From assembly GCA_963743305.1 (NCBI GenBank), contig CAVUPH010000029.1, positions 29,146 through 93,145 on the forward strand: a stretch of 64,000 bases of DNA. The letters run 5' to 3'. Source of the stretch: an uncultured delta proteobacterium (lineage in GTDB: Bacteria > Desulfobacterota > RBG-13-43-22). Positions 43,386 to 53,781 of this stretch are shown here, piece after piece (the stretch's first letter is position 1; each line of letters opens with the position of its first letter). Position numbers and translations under genes: made by a program. The notes under the pieces are model-generated. The model saw only the letters and a program-made list of their open reading frames with translations, was not told the DNA's origin and made no database searches.

Positions 43386-44458
43386 TTAGCTGATTAATCC
43401 CCTTGTTTGCAGCAGGCGCTTCATCTGCTCGGCGCTGGAAGCCGGCGGTACGCGCAGTTGGCTCTCCGCCTTCGGGGTCAATTTCATCGCTCCCGAAGGG
43501 CAGGTGGTCACGCAGAGCCCGCAGCCGATGCAGCGGTCGAGATTCACCCCGGCCAGTCCTTCGTCGCTCAAGCTCACGGCGTTCATCTGACAACGGTCCA
43601 GGCAGGCGGAGCAACCCAGGCACTCGGCGCCGTCCACCATCGCCTGATAATTGGAAAAGGCAATTTCGGCCGGTTTGGGGTGTTTGTTGAGCGCCCGGAG
43701 GACCCCGCAGCAATCCCCGCAACAGTTGCACAGGCCGGAGGGATTCTGGGAGGTAGCCGGTTGAGTGACCAGCCCGGCATCCTGGCATTGAGTCAGAATG
43801 GCAATCGCCTCCTCGACATCGATCTTCCTTCCCAGGTCCCGGTCGAGGTAGTACTGTCCCATCGAACCGAACATGAAGCAGGCCTCCAGCGGTTTTCCGC
43901 AGGACTTATCCACGGTCTCGGTCCTCTTGCGGCAGATGCAGTCGGTAACCACGATCAGGTCCTTTTCCCGCAGCAGGTTCACGGCATCTTCATAGGCGGC
44001 GATATGCTGGGTGGTATCCACGGAACGTTGAATGGGGATGGTGCGCAGGAAATAGCCGCCGCTGTCCTGCATGGCCCGCTCAAAGCCTTCGTTTTCATAT
44101 TGCTCCACCATGAGGGCCAGGTCCTTCGAAAGGTTCTTGACCTGGAATTCAAACACCCCGTGGACAAAAGGGATGGCGCACGTATTTAACCGTGCCCTTT
44201 TTTTCCAAACGGAACAACAACCCGCGGAGCGCCATATCCTCCAAGTGAGCGGCCACTTTTTCTACCGGCAACTCCAGACGGGCGGCCACCGATTCCGAAG
44301 TCTCCAGCATGGGCGTCAGGTTTAAAAACAAGGCGGCATCGGCCTCGGAAAACAAACTTTTCAGGATCTTGATCTCAATCCCCGACTCGGTGGCCGGAAA
44401 ACCCATAGAGTATCTGGTCCAGCCGTTTCTGCAAGCTACGAAAAATATCTTCGGACAT
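43386..44458 (-). CDS. 4Fe-4S binding protein, frameshifted
   Basis: GFPATESGIEIKILK, CICR, CNCCGDCCG, two CxxCxxCxxxC ferredoxin motifs. Confidence 0.8.
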
Positions 44459-44570
44459 AAAATCTTCTCCTTAAACAAGAAAAATTGGACTTTCGGGGAC
44501 CCGATCAAGAACGAGTCCTCCGAAGAGTCAAATCGTTACGAATCAATAATCCACCGGCATTTACGACTTA

Positions 44571-45732
44571 TCAACGCGACCGGGGGACTGGCGATCGCTT
44601 TGCTCGCAATGGCATCAGCAACGATTCTATTTTCGTACTCTCCAAGGCGCCGCTCGCCTTGATGGCCTCTCCCAGCGCTTTTCCATCTTTGGGTGGTTCG
44701 GGGAAGCCCGTTCTGCAGACCATGGAGATCGCCTCCGACGGACACCCGGTCGCGCAGACGGCGCAACCGAAACAGCGGTCGAGGTCCACCCGGGGAGGAC
44801 CCTCCTCCCCGACCAGGGAAAGGGCCTCAGCCGGGCACCGTTCCAGACAGGTCCCGCAGGCCACGCAGCTCTCCGCGGCAAAGTGCGGCTCGAAGCCGGA
44901 GTAAAAATACAGGGCGGGTTTGGGCTTGGCCAGGGCCTGTTTTACCGACACGCAGTGCCAACGGTCGCAATTGCAGATGAAGCCCACATCTTCCGCCGTG
45001 TTCATGCTCATATGGATCAGACCGGCTTCCTCCGGCCGGTTCAAGACTTCCCGGGCTCTCCTCCTTGGTCACCTTCCGCCCGCCCAGCCTTTCAATGGCG
45101 AACTGGGCGCCCAGGCCGAACTGCATGCAGACCTCCAGGGGCATCCCGTGAATATCTTCGTCGCGCAGGGCAGCGGCATGACGGCAGTAGCAGGTGGTGA
45201 CCGCGATGGGCTCGTATAGATCGATATAGGTCTGCACCTGGTCGTAGGTATGGACCTGATTCCCGTCCGCCACAGACCGGTCCACGGTGATAACCCGGGT
45301 GGGGGGGAAGGCCGACTGCGGCTAAGTCGGTTTTCTGGTCACAGGCCTTTTTGTAGGCCTGGATGAGCCGGGCGAGTTTTTTATGCCGGTCGGTCGTTTT
45401 TCCCGGCATGAATTGGAATTCCAGTATGCCGGGCATGAACCGGGCGCTCTGGTAATATTGGACTTCGTTCATCTTGATGGCCACGCAGAGTCCCTTGTCG
45501 GCCATGGACTCCAGGATTCGTTCCAGTTCCGCCTCCTCCCGGCCCATATCCCGGGCCAGGTCCTTGGCCGTGAAAGGTCCCCTGGGCATGGCATTGTTGA
45601 CCTCGGCCTCCTCGGGGGTGAAGAGTTCTTCCGCCATGGCGTAGAATTCCGGGATATCCATTCCCGCGTAGCCGCCCCCGCGCTTTTTCATCACGGCCCG
45701 AGTAATTGTTGGTACACCTCGTGGTGGGTCAT
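44571..45732 (-). CDS. 4Fe-4S binding protein, paralog of the neighbour, frameshifted
   Basis: LFTPEEA, PGILEFQ, CYCRH, ICNCDRWHC, two ferredoxin motifs; 3' end approximate. Confidence 0.78.
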
Positions 45733-45816
45733 GACAATCTCCTTAATCGTTTATTTTCGTATTTAACTCACATCCTCGGGGGCAGGCACCCCAAGGCAAA
45801 AAAATGATAGTTTCCA

Positions 45817-45909
45817 CTGTCATTGCGAGCGAAGCGAAGCAATCCCCAGCGATGGTAACGATCGCAGATTCTTGGGGATTGCTTGTCGCTTCACTCCTCG
45901 CAATGACAG
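45817..45909. repeat. Palindromic intergenic repeat, copy 1
   Basis: CTGTCATTGCGAG..GAAGCAATCCCC...GGGGATTGCTT..CTCGCAATGACAG. Confidence 0.85.
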
Positions 45910-45985
45910 CGCTGGGGACTTTTTGCGAAACCATGAACCTTACACCTTATACCCCGCGCCCTGGAGCCTGAACCCTATTTTCGTA

Positions 45986-46963
45986 TTAACCAACCGGTCC
46001 CAACAACCGATTTAACCGCTCCCTCACCTCCAGGGCCTCATCCATGGTCCGCTTGATGAAATCGGCCACCGTCGGAATATCGGTGATGCGGCCGATGACC
46101 TGGCCGGCCGGATAGATTCCCTCATTGAGGTTGCCGTCCGCCCAGCCGTGGCGGCTCAATTGTCCGGTGATCATGGGAATCAGTTCCTCCAATGTGGCGC
46201 CCTGGTGTTCCATTTCGATGATTTTTTCCGACCAGGGGGTTTTCAGAACCCGGGCGGGATGCTGCAAGGATTCCATCACCAGCACGGTTTCCGCTTCCTG
46301 CGCGGCTACGATCTTTTCCTTGAAGGCCTGATGGGCCGGGCATTCCTGGGTGGCAATGAACCGGGTGCCCATGTTCACGCCGTCGGCGCCGAGCGCCAGG
46401 GCCGCGACCAGCGAACGGCCATCCGAAAAGCCTCCGCCGGCAATGAGCGGCACATCGACCTGGTCCACGGCCTTGGGAATCAGGACCAGGGAGGTCACTT
46501 TTTCCATACTGGGGTGACCGCCGCATTCGATCCCCACGACGGAGACGGCGTCCACCCCCAGGCGGGCCACTTTAGCCGCGTCCCGCACCCGGGCGCACTT
46601 ATGGAAATGAATCAAGCCGGCCTCGGCGATCTGCTGCCGATGGGGTTCCGGGTTTCGGCCGGCCGTCTCCAGGATCTTCACCCCGGAATCGATCACCGTC
46701 TGGATCAACTCCTCCGGCGGCCGGGGCATGAGCGCCGGGAAAAGCGAGACGTTCACCCCGAACGGTTTGTCGGTCAAATCCCGGGTCCGGTTGATCTCAT
46801 CGAGCAACTCCTCCCGGGTGGCAAAGGTGGCCGCCGGCAGGCAGGCCAGCGCTCCGGCATTGGCCACCGCCGCCACCAGTTCGGCCCGACTCAACACCTG
46901 CATGGTGCCGCACTGAATCGGCACTTCGATCCCGAACAACTCGGTCATTCTGGTCTTGAACAT
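45986..46963 (-). CDS. Nitronate monooxygenase / FabK-like flavin oxidoreductase
   Basis: TRMTELFGIEVPI, PFGVN, ECGGHP, IAGGG, GVNMGTRF. Confidence 0.87.
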   Translation of the reverse strand: MFKTRMTELFGIEVPIQCGTMQVLSRAELVAAVANAGALACLPAATFATREELLDEINRTRDLTDKPFGVNVSLFPALMPRPPEELIQTVIDSGVKILETAGRNPEPHRQQIAEAGLIHFHKCARVRDAAKVARLGVDAVSVVGIECGGHPSMEKVTSLVLIPKAVDQVDVPLIAGGGFSDGRSLVAALALGADGVNMGTRFIATQECPAHQAFKEKIVAAQEAETVLVMESLQHPARVLKTPWSEKIIEMEHQGATLEELIPMITGQLSRHGWADGNLNEGIYPAGQVIGRITDIPTVADFIKRTMDEALEVRERLNRLLGPVG

Positions 46964-47273
46964 GCTCCCTCCTTTAGTATGAAAATAGAATGCGGTATTG
47001 ACTTGAAACGTCTAACTTTTGCTACAAGGGGACTTAACCGGATTCCTTTGACAAACGGCAGGGGGGGGATTTGATGCTTCGGGTGCCCGCCACGGGCATG
47101 GCCGGGTAAGTGACAAATGAAGGTCAGTGCTGTACAGACCGAAACGTTCGCTCCCTGTCATCCGAGACCCGAGCGAAGGCTCGGGACAACAGATGCATCC
47201 GTTGTCAATTGCTTGTTGCGGATTTACCCTGAAAGTCAATAGCATTTTCATCTCCCGCTTCGGGCTCCCGCGG

Positions 47274-47852
47274 TCACGACGGTCGCAAGAGCCGCTCAAA
47301 GATCATCCGGTCAAAAATCTCGTGCGGCCCGGTGCTTTTGGCCACCTTCATCTGCACCAGAGCCCCCTGCCAACTGGTGATGATAAAACCGGCCGTCTCC
47401 TCCGGATCAATAGATTCAGGCATTTCCCCTGCCCCGCCGGGCCTGCTCCAATTGGGCGGCCAGATTTTTTTCATCTCCTGAAACACCCGGTTCAATTTCT
47501 TCCGGAACGCCGGGTTCCGGTCACCCATTTCCAGGGACAGATTGCCGATCGGGCAACCGCCCCTGAAATCGTTTTTGCGAAAAAGTTCCGTCTGCCAGCG
47601 GAAGACCGCGCGGATCCGTTCCAGGGGCGGCAGGCTTTCGTCCCGGTAGGCCTTTTCCTGCCCGGCCTTCAAAACCTCGGCAAAAGAATCGATGAGCTGC
47701 AGGCCAAAATCTTCCTTGTTTTTAAAATGGAAATAGAAAGACCCTTTGGGGACTTTGGCCGCTTCCAGGACTTCGGCCAGACCGGTATCGCAGAAGCCCT
47801 TTTCCAGAACAATCCGGGCGCCGGCCTTCAGAATTCGAGTTTTGGCGTCCAT
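47274..47852 (-). CDS. TetR-family regulator (NemR/AcuR-like)
   Basis: VPKGSFYFHFKNKEDFG HTH, GCPIGNLSLE, WQGAL. Confidence 0.9.
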   Translation of the reverse strand: MDAKTRILKAGARIVLEKGFCDTGLAEVLEAAKVPKGSFYFHFKNKEDFGLQLIDSFAEVLKAGQEKAYRDESLPPLERIRAVFRWQTELFRKNDFRGGCPIGNLSLEMGDRNPAFRKKLNRVFQEMKKIWPPNWSRPGGAGEMPESIDPEETAGFIITSWQGALVQMKVAKSTGPHEIFDRMIFERLLRPS

Positions 47853-47862
47853 AGGCAACTCC

Positions 47863-48579
47863 TTACCGGGGGAAATTCCCTTTGAGCGCATCGAGGTAGG
47901 CTGGATCCTCGGTTTCCATGACCCGCAGGATATTTTTGAAGGTTACGGCTTTCATGGTCCTCAGGATTTCCCGGGTTTTATTCTGGGACTTGGCAAAGGC
48001 CAGGGCCTCGGGGAGCAGGTCTTCGACCGGACAGGCTTTGACGACGACCCGCTGGAGCTCCAGTTCCGAGGCGGTGTACCGCTTGCCGGTCAACTGGGCT
48101 TCCAGGACCAGCGGAGTGGGCAGGGCTTTCTTCAGGATGGCGTCCATGCCCGGCAAAATGGTAATCCCCAGGTCCACCCCCGGAAAACAGAAATACCCTC
48201 GATCGGTCCGCATGAAGCGGAAGTCAAAGGCACAGGCCATGATGGCTCCCCCGGCAAAGGCGTGCCCGTTGATGGCGGCGATGGTGATCAGGGGATAGGT
48301 CAACAGACGCCGCAGAAACCGTACCAGGCGGTCGGAGATACGAGAAGCCGCTTCCGGGTCCCGGGTCGACTCGGATTTCAGCCATTCCAGGTCCAGCCCA
48401 TTGGACCAAATCTTCTCGTGCGCGCTCTCAACCAGCAGCGCAGTGGCGCTGGTCCGGGTTTCGATCTCAGCCAATAGGCCCTCGAAGGCTTCCAGGAATT
48501 CGGGATTGAACCGGTTTTCCCCGTTCTTCATGGTCGCCACGGCTACCTGTTCCTCCAACCGGTACTCGATCAGGGACAT
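47863..48579 (-). CDS. Enoyl-CoA hydratase/isomerase family protein, copy B
   Basis: ENRFN, WSNGLDL, AAINGHAFAGG, DFRFMR. Confidence 0.9.
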   Translation of the reverse strand: MSLIEYRLEEQVAVATMKNGENRFNPEFLEAFEGLLAEIETRTSATALLVESAHEKIWSNGLDLEWLKSESTRDPEAASRISDRLVRFLRRLLTYPLITIAAINGHAFAGGAIMACAFDFRFMRTDRGYFCFPGVDLGITILPGMDAILKKALPTPLVLEAQLTGKRYTASELELQRVVVKACPVEDLLPEALAFAKSQNKTREILRTMKAVTFKNILRVMETEDPAYLDALKGNFPR

Positions 48580-48654
48580 TCCTGGCCCTCTCTCTCTATC
48601 CCGGGCTGCTCCGGGTTGGTGCCCCCAACCGGACCCGAGGGTTTATGGGGATGC

Positions 48655-48683
48655 ATAGTAGACCAGTCTACTACTATTGTCAA
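48655..48683 (-). promoter_or_regulatory. sigma70 promoter with overlapping TetR-type operator
   Basis: Minus strand TTGACA-N17-TACTAT; palindrome TAGTAGAC-CA-GTCTACTA at 48656-48673. Confidence 0.85.
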
Positions 48684-48728
48684 GTCCTATCGCCTTCGAT
48701 CATTCAACCCCAGCCATGGTTCCGCCGG

Positions 48729-49445
48729 TCAGCGGGCGAAGCCTCCCTTCAGCGATTGAAGATAGGCGGGATCGTCGGTTTCCATGACCCGCAAAATATT
48801 CTTAAAGGCCACGGCTTTCATGGTTTTCAGGATCTCCCTACCCTTGTTCATGCTTTTGGCAAAGGCCAGGGCCTCGTTCCTCAATTCGCTCAGCGGACAG
48901 GCCTTGAGGACGACCCGCTGGGCCTCCAGTTCCGCGGCCGTGTAGCGTTTGCCGGTCAACTGCGCCTCCAGGACCAGCGAGGTGGGCAGGGCTTTCTTGA
49001 GGATGGCGTCCATGCCCGGCATAAAGGGGATCTGGATGTCCACCTCCGGAAAGCAGAAATAGCCTCGATCGTTGCGCATGAAGCGGAAGTCAAAGGCGCA
49101 GGCCATGATCGCCCCGCCTGCAAAGGCGTGGCCGTTGATAGCGGCGATGGTGATCAGGGGATAGGTCAGCAGACGCCGCAGGAACTGCATGAGCCGTTCC
49201 GGAAACCGGGTGCCCGCCTCCGGGTCCCGGCCCACCTCGGTCAGCAGCCATTCCAGATCGATGCCGTTGGACCATATCTTTTCATGGGCGCTTCTGACCA
49301 GGAGCACGGTGGCTTTGGTTTGGTGTTCGATCTCCTCCAGAAGGCCTTCGAAGGCATCTAAAAAATCGTAGGTGAACCGATTTTCACCACTGGTCATGTT
49401 CACCAGCGCCACGTGTTCGTCCAGTTGGTATTCGAATAAGGCCAT
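48729..49445 (-). CDS. Enoyl-CoA hydratase/isomerase family protein, copy A
   Basis: Same length (238 aa) and motifs as the neighbour; FCFPEVD. Confidence 0.9.
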   Translation of the reverse strand: MALFEYQLDEHVALVNMTSGENRFTYDFLDAFEGLLEEIEHQTKATVLLVRSAHEKIWSNGIDLEWLLTEVGRDPEAGTRFPERLMQFLRRLLTYPLITIAAINGHAFAGGAIMACAFDFRFMRNDRGYFCFPEVDIQIPFMPGMDAILKKALPTSLVLEAQLTGKRYTAAELEAQRVVLKACPLSELRNEALAFAKSMNKGREILKTMKAVAFKNILRVMETDDPAYLQSLKGGFAR

Positions 49446-49651
49446 TTTTTCCCCTTTCCCTAGTACGAAAATAGAAGATTCGGTGGTTATTCCAGCCCTT
49501 TTGAAATCCCCCTAAATCCCCCTTTGCTAAAGGGGGACTTTAACTCCCCCCTTGGGGGCGAGGGAGCTTGGAGGAACGGCCCGCGCCTTTTGACTTCCCC
49601 TCCCCGCAACGGGCTGGAGAAAGAGTTTTTCCGCATCCTGTTAATAACATA

Positions 49652-50260
49652 TTATAAAAGCCTCCAACCTTCCTTAATAAGGGAAAAGGCGAAAACCGCC
49701 AACAGGGCTCCCAGGATAAAAAGGATGCCCCGGTAAACCCTCCCGCTCAGCCATTGTCTGGACCTGCCGGTTATCCAGGCGGTCAGTATCTTGGCGCCGA
49801 CGAGGCAGGTAAAAAAGGCCGGTAAAAATGCCAGGGAGCCCACCGGGCTTTCCGACCAGCCACGGACGATAACCGGTCCTCCTACCGTCAGCCAGAACAG
49901 ATAGGGATGGGGGCTCAGGGCATTGGCGGCGACCCCTTTGATCAAGGACTGGGGAGCGACCCGGGAGCCCCCCTCCGGCAGCCGGGGGACCCGAAAATTT
50001 CCAAAGGCCAAATAGGCTACGAATACTCCGCCGACAATGGATATCACTCCCAGGACCGGTTGGAATTCTGTCAGTCGGGTGAGGACCAGCAGCGAGAGGA
50101 GGAGGATCGGCAAATCGGTGATCAGGGGGGCCATCGCCACCTTGGCCCCTTCCCGGGTGCCGTGCTTCAGCGTCTGAGTAATGACCAGGGCCAAGAGCGG
50201 TCCGGGCGAAAAACCCGCCGACAAACCATACACCAGACCGGCACCTATGGAAGCGATCAT
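49652..50260 (-). CDS. LysE-family translocator
   Basis: SPGPL, NALSPHPYLFW, multiple TM helices. Confidence 0.85.
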   Translation of the reverse strand: MIASIGAGLVYGLSAGFSPGPLLALVITQTLKHGTREGAKVAMAPLITDLPILLLSLLVLTRLTEFQPVLGVISIVGGVFVAYLAFGNFRVPRLPEGGSRVAPQSLIKGVAANALSPHPYLFWLTVGGPVIVRGWSESPVGSLAFLPAFFTCLVGAKILTAWITGRSRQWLSGRVYRGILFILGALLAVFAFSLIKEGWRLL

Positions 50261-50389
50261 CTATTCAAACTACCCCTTAAGTCCCCCCATCCGAAAAATT
50301 CGAAAAAGACTTTTCCCGCAGACCAAGACGGAATCTTGCTTGCATTTGAACAGCTTATCAGGTAGCGGTTAACTCCAACTATCATAGGG

Positions 50390-50480
50390 TTGTCATTGCG
50401 AGGAGCGAAGCGACGAAGCAATCCCCAATAATCAGCTTGGTTGCCAAGGGGGGATTGCTTCGCTACGCTCGCAATGACAA
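50390..50480. repeat. Palindromic intergenic repeat, copy 2
   Basis: TTGTCATTGCGAGG..GAAGCAATCCCC...GGGGATTGCTTCG..CTCGCAATGACAA. Confidence 0.85.
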
Positions 50481-50511
50481 GTTATTCGACTTTTTGGGAG
50501 GTCATCAATTC

Positions 50512-51522
50512 TTAATTTCGCCCGAGGCCCGGGGCCCAGAGATAATAGAATCCCGGCTGCAGGGCAGGAAACAGGTCGGTGAGGGGCAGATCGATTAGTG
50601 ACGGTTTCGCCGTGCCTTCACCTTGTCCCGGAGAGGCCACGCTGTAGATATTCTCGTCCGCCGAGGCGCTGCGGCGGTAAATGACGACTTTGGCATTCCC
50701 CGCCAGTCCGGCCTGCTTTTTGGCCTCCATCAGGGCTTCGGGCAGATAGCCGATTTTATCGATCAGCTTCAAAGCCAGGGCCTCTTCGGCCAGGTAAATC
50801 CGAGCCGAGGCCACTTCCGACAACTGAGGCTGTTCAATTTTCCGATGTTGGGAGACCAGGGTTAGAAACCGTTTCCCCATTTTGTCGATCAATCCGGCAA
50901 AGATCTCCTTCTCGTCCGGACTGGTCGCCCGGAAGGGTGAGCCCATATCCTTATTCTTACCGGTCTTGTTGACCTCAACCGTCACCCCGATCTTATCCAG
51001 GAGGGTGGTGACCGTGGGCCGCAAGAAAATGACCCCGATGGACCCGGTAATGGTGGTGGGATGGGCATAGATGACGTCGGCCGGCAGGGAAACATAGTAA
51101 CCGCCGGAGGCGGCTGTGTCCATCATCATGACGATGATCTTGGCTTTTTTCCGTTCTTTGAAGGCCATGATTTCATGATAAAGGAGGTCACTGGCCGTGA
51201 CCGTTCCCCCCGGGGAGGCCACTTTCAAAAGGACGGCCTTTACTTCCGGGTCCTTTTCGGCCAATCGAAGCTGAGCGACCACTTCCTGGACCAGGCTTGG
51301 CTCTTTGTGGATCAGTTCCTTACGGGGAGATTCGGAAATAAACCCCGTTATGGGAATGATCGCCACCTTCCCCTCTCCTTTTCCCTCCAGCACCCGTTCT
51401 TTCAGCGGTTTGTTCCGATCCGGCCAGAGATTGAAGTTGACGCCCCCGCAGCCGGAAACCAAAATGACTATCAGAAAGCAAATAAATAAACCGCCAATTT
51501 TGGGACTGATTTTCCCCCACAT
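50512..51522 (-). CDS. sppA: Signal peptide peptidase SppA (S49), probable lipoprotein
   Basis: SPGGTV, AASGGYY, TGSIGVI; LVSGC lipobox; start trimmed. Confidence 0.9.
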   Translation of the reverse strand: MWGKISPKIGGLFICFLIVILVSGCGGVNFNLWPDRNKPLKERVLEGKGEGKVAIIPITGFISESPRKELIHKEPSLVQEVVAQLRLAEKDPEVKAVLLKVASPGGTVTASDLLYHEIMAFKERKKAKIIVMMMDTAASGGYYVSLPADVIYAHPTTITGSIGVIFLRPTVTTLLDKIGVTVEVNKTGKNKDMGSPFRATSPDEKEIFAGLIDKMGKRFLTLVSQHRKIEQPQLSEVASARIYLAEEALALKLIDKIGYLPEALMEAKKQAGLAGNAKVVIYRRSASADENIYSVASPGQGEGTAKPSLIDLPLTDLFPALQPGFYYLWAPGLGRN

Positions 51523-51560
51523 AATTCCTCCCTTTCGGACATTATAATTACTATCGATCA

Positions 51561-52373
51561 TCAGTGAATCAAGCGCCGGCGCATCAGGCGCAGGGCCAGG
51601 GGCAGCGTGACCAGCGAGAATCCGGCCAGGTAAACCAGGTTCCAGAGTTGGCCGGCCCGATAAATCCCCAGGGCCGCAGGCCGGCATAATTCCACCACGT
51701 GGGTGAGGGGAAAAAAATAAGCCAGCACCCGGGCCCAGGAAGGGAGCTGTTCGAGGGGGAAAAAAGTTCCGGAAAAAAGAAACATGGGCGTGATAAACAG
51801 GAAAATGGGCAGGTTGAAAATCTCGATCGTTGGCACAATGGCCGTAAAGCACATACCGATGGAGCCGAAGGCCAATCCCCCCAGCAGCGCGATGGGGAGA
51901 ATCTGCAGGACGGAGGGATAGGACAGGATCCCGAATCCGGTGAGGACCATCATCATGACCACCGTGGCCATGAAAGAACGGGTCGCCCCCCAGACGATCT
52001 CGCCTAAAATGACTTCCTCCATATTTAAGGGTGTGGCCAGAATGGCGTCAAAGGTCTTCTGGTAATACATGCGCACGAAGGAAGCGTAGGTCGTCTCGAA
52101 AAAGCTGTTCTGCATGATATTCACGGCCAGAAGCCCGGGGGCGATAAAAACAGCGTAGCTCACCGTTTTCCCCTCCCAGGTGATCGAACCCACCAGATAG
52201 CCCAAACCGGCGCCAAAAGCCAGCAGGTAAAAGATAGGTTCCAGGATCGGGGGGATGAAATTAATCTTCCAGGTCCTGAGGTACACGTCCCAATTACGCT
52301 GCCAGACCCGGATAAAGCGCCAGGAAATCGTTTTCGCCATCGAAGAAACGGAGGAGGGATTGGACGGCTTCAT
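51561..52373 (-). CDS. ABC-2 permease (NodJ-like)
   Basis: FIAPGL, QKTFDAILATP, PMFLFSGTFFPL, PLTH. Confidence 0.88.
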   Translation of the reverse strand: MKPSNPSSVSSMAKTISWRFIRVWQRNWDVYLRTWKINFIPPILEPIFYLLAFGAGLGYLVGSITWEGKTVSYAVFIAPGLLAVNIMQNSFFETTYASFVRMYYQKTFDAILATPLNMEEVILGEIVWGATRSFMATVVMMMVLTGFGILSYPSVLQILPIALLGGLAFGSIGMCFTAIVPTIEIFNLPIFLFITPMFLFSGTFFPLEQLPSWARVLAYFFPLTHVVELCRPAALGIYRAGQLWNLVYLAGFSLVTLPLALRLMRRRLIH

Positions 52374-53281
52374 TCCCGCAATCCTCGACCGGTCAGTTTC
52401 AAAAACACATCTTCCAGGGTGGCCAGGCGCAGCGTGCAGCCACCGGCGCAGAACTCCTGGGAAATCCGGCGGAAGAGCCCTTCCCCATCCATCGTATAGA
52501 CAAAGATGCGGTTGAGTTCCTGCTCATAATTGATTTGTTCCCCTTTTAAGAGGTCCATTAGACCCGGAGCCGGATCTTCCACCTCGATGACATTGCCTCC
52601 GATATATTGACGGACCAGATCCCTGGGAGCCCCTTCCACCAGGACCCGGCCCTGATCCATGATCACCAGGCGGTCGCACATCTGGGCCGCTTCATCCATA
52701 TAATGGGTGGTCAACAGAATACATAACCCCTGGGCCTTTAATTGGCGCATCTTTTCCCAGAGTTGATGACGGGATTGGGGGTCTAATCCGGTGGTGGGTT
52801 CATCCAGGATCAACAGGGTCGGCGCGTTGATCAGTGCCCGGGCGATCACCAGACGGCGCAGTAGCCCCCCCGAGAGTTCCGGAATGCGGGCCTCCCGCTT
52901 AGGGGTCAGGCCGAAAAAATCCAGGAGTTCAGCCGCCCTTTTTCCGGCCTCATCCCGGTTCAAATTGAAATAGCGGGCGAAGATCAGCAGATTTTCCCAG
53001 ACCGTCAAGTCGGGATCCAGGTTATTATCCTGCTGGCAAACCCCGATCCGGGCCTTAATCTCCCGCCAGTGGCTGTGCATATCCTGACCGAAAACCTTGA
53101 GCTCCCCCCCGCCCATGGGCGAAAAACCATAAATCAGTCGGACGGTAGTGGTCTTGCCGGCCCCGTTGGGTCCCAGAATACCAAAGCACTCGCCCGGGTA
53201 GAGGGTAAAAGAGACCTGGTCCACGGCCAGGAAGTCCCCAAATTTCTTGGTCAAATTTTTGGCTTCAACAACCGGGTTCAA
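52370..53281 (-). CDS. ABC ATP-binding protein (NodI-like)
   Basis: GPNGAGKTT, LSGG, LDEPTTGLDPQ, LEDVFLKLTGR. Confidence 0.9.
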   Translation of the reverse strand: MNPVVEAKNLTKKFGDFLAVDQVSFTLYPGECFGILGPNGAGKTTTVRLIYGFSPMGGGELKVFGQDMHSHWREIKARIGVCQQDNNLDPDLTVWENLLIFARYFNLNRDEAGKRAAELLDFFGLTPKREARIPELSGGLLRRLVIARALINAPTLLILDEPTTGLDPQSRHQLWEKMRQLKAQGLCILLTTHYMDEAAQMCDRLVIMDQGRVLVEGAPRDLVRQYIGGNVIEVEDPAPGLMDLLKGEQINYEQELNRIFVYTMDGEGLFRRISQEFCAGGCTLRLATLEDVFLKLTGRGLRE

Positions 53282-53556
53282 AAAGAATCCCCTCCAAAAA
53301 ATACTTTTGGGTTAGGTGGTACCTTAACAGTCACCGGAAAGATCTGTCAAGGATTGAGGGTTCATCTTCGGGTTAACCCGGCATCACCCATCCTAAACCA
53401 AATTCGACCTTTGAATTAAATTATTAAAAAAAATAAATAGTTAATTTTGAAAATTGATCTAATAATTTAACTCTGCCTTTTTGAATTTGAAATAACGTTT
53501 TGGGGGACTTTTTACGTGGTTGTCATGGTTGATGGCTTCGCTATAAGTCCCCAGCG

Positions 53557-53647
53557 CTGTCATTGCGAGGAGTGAAGCGACGAAGCAATCCCCAAGAATC
53601 AGCTAGTTACCATGGTGGGGATTGCTTCGCTTCGCTCGCAATGACAG
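53557..53647. repeat. Palindromic intergenic repeat, copy 3
   Basis: CTGTCATTGCGAGG..GAAGCAATCCCC...GGGGATTGCTTCG..CTCGCAATGACAG; inverted relative to copy 1. Confidence 0.85.
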
Positions 53648-53781
53648 AACTCTCTCTGACAGACTTTTTGCAAGTCCAGTCATAGTTCAAGCTAGCAAGA
53701 AAAATTTAAAAAATGCTTTTTATATTATATTGTTACATCCATTGTAAGGGAAAAATTTCTCAGAGCAATCGGTGTAAGAAC

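Noticed and set aside
46148-49361. Long antisense ORFs opposite real genes (e.g. 46148-47074, 47746-48477, 48645-49361)
   Set aside because: Shadow ORFs expected from GC-rich codon bias; no recognisable motifs
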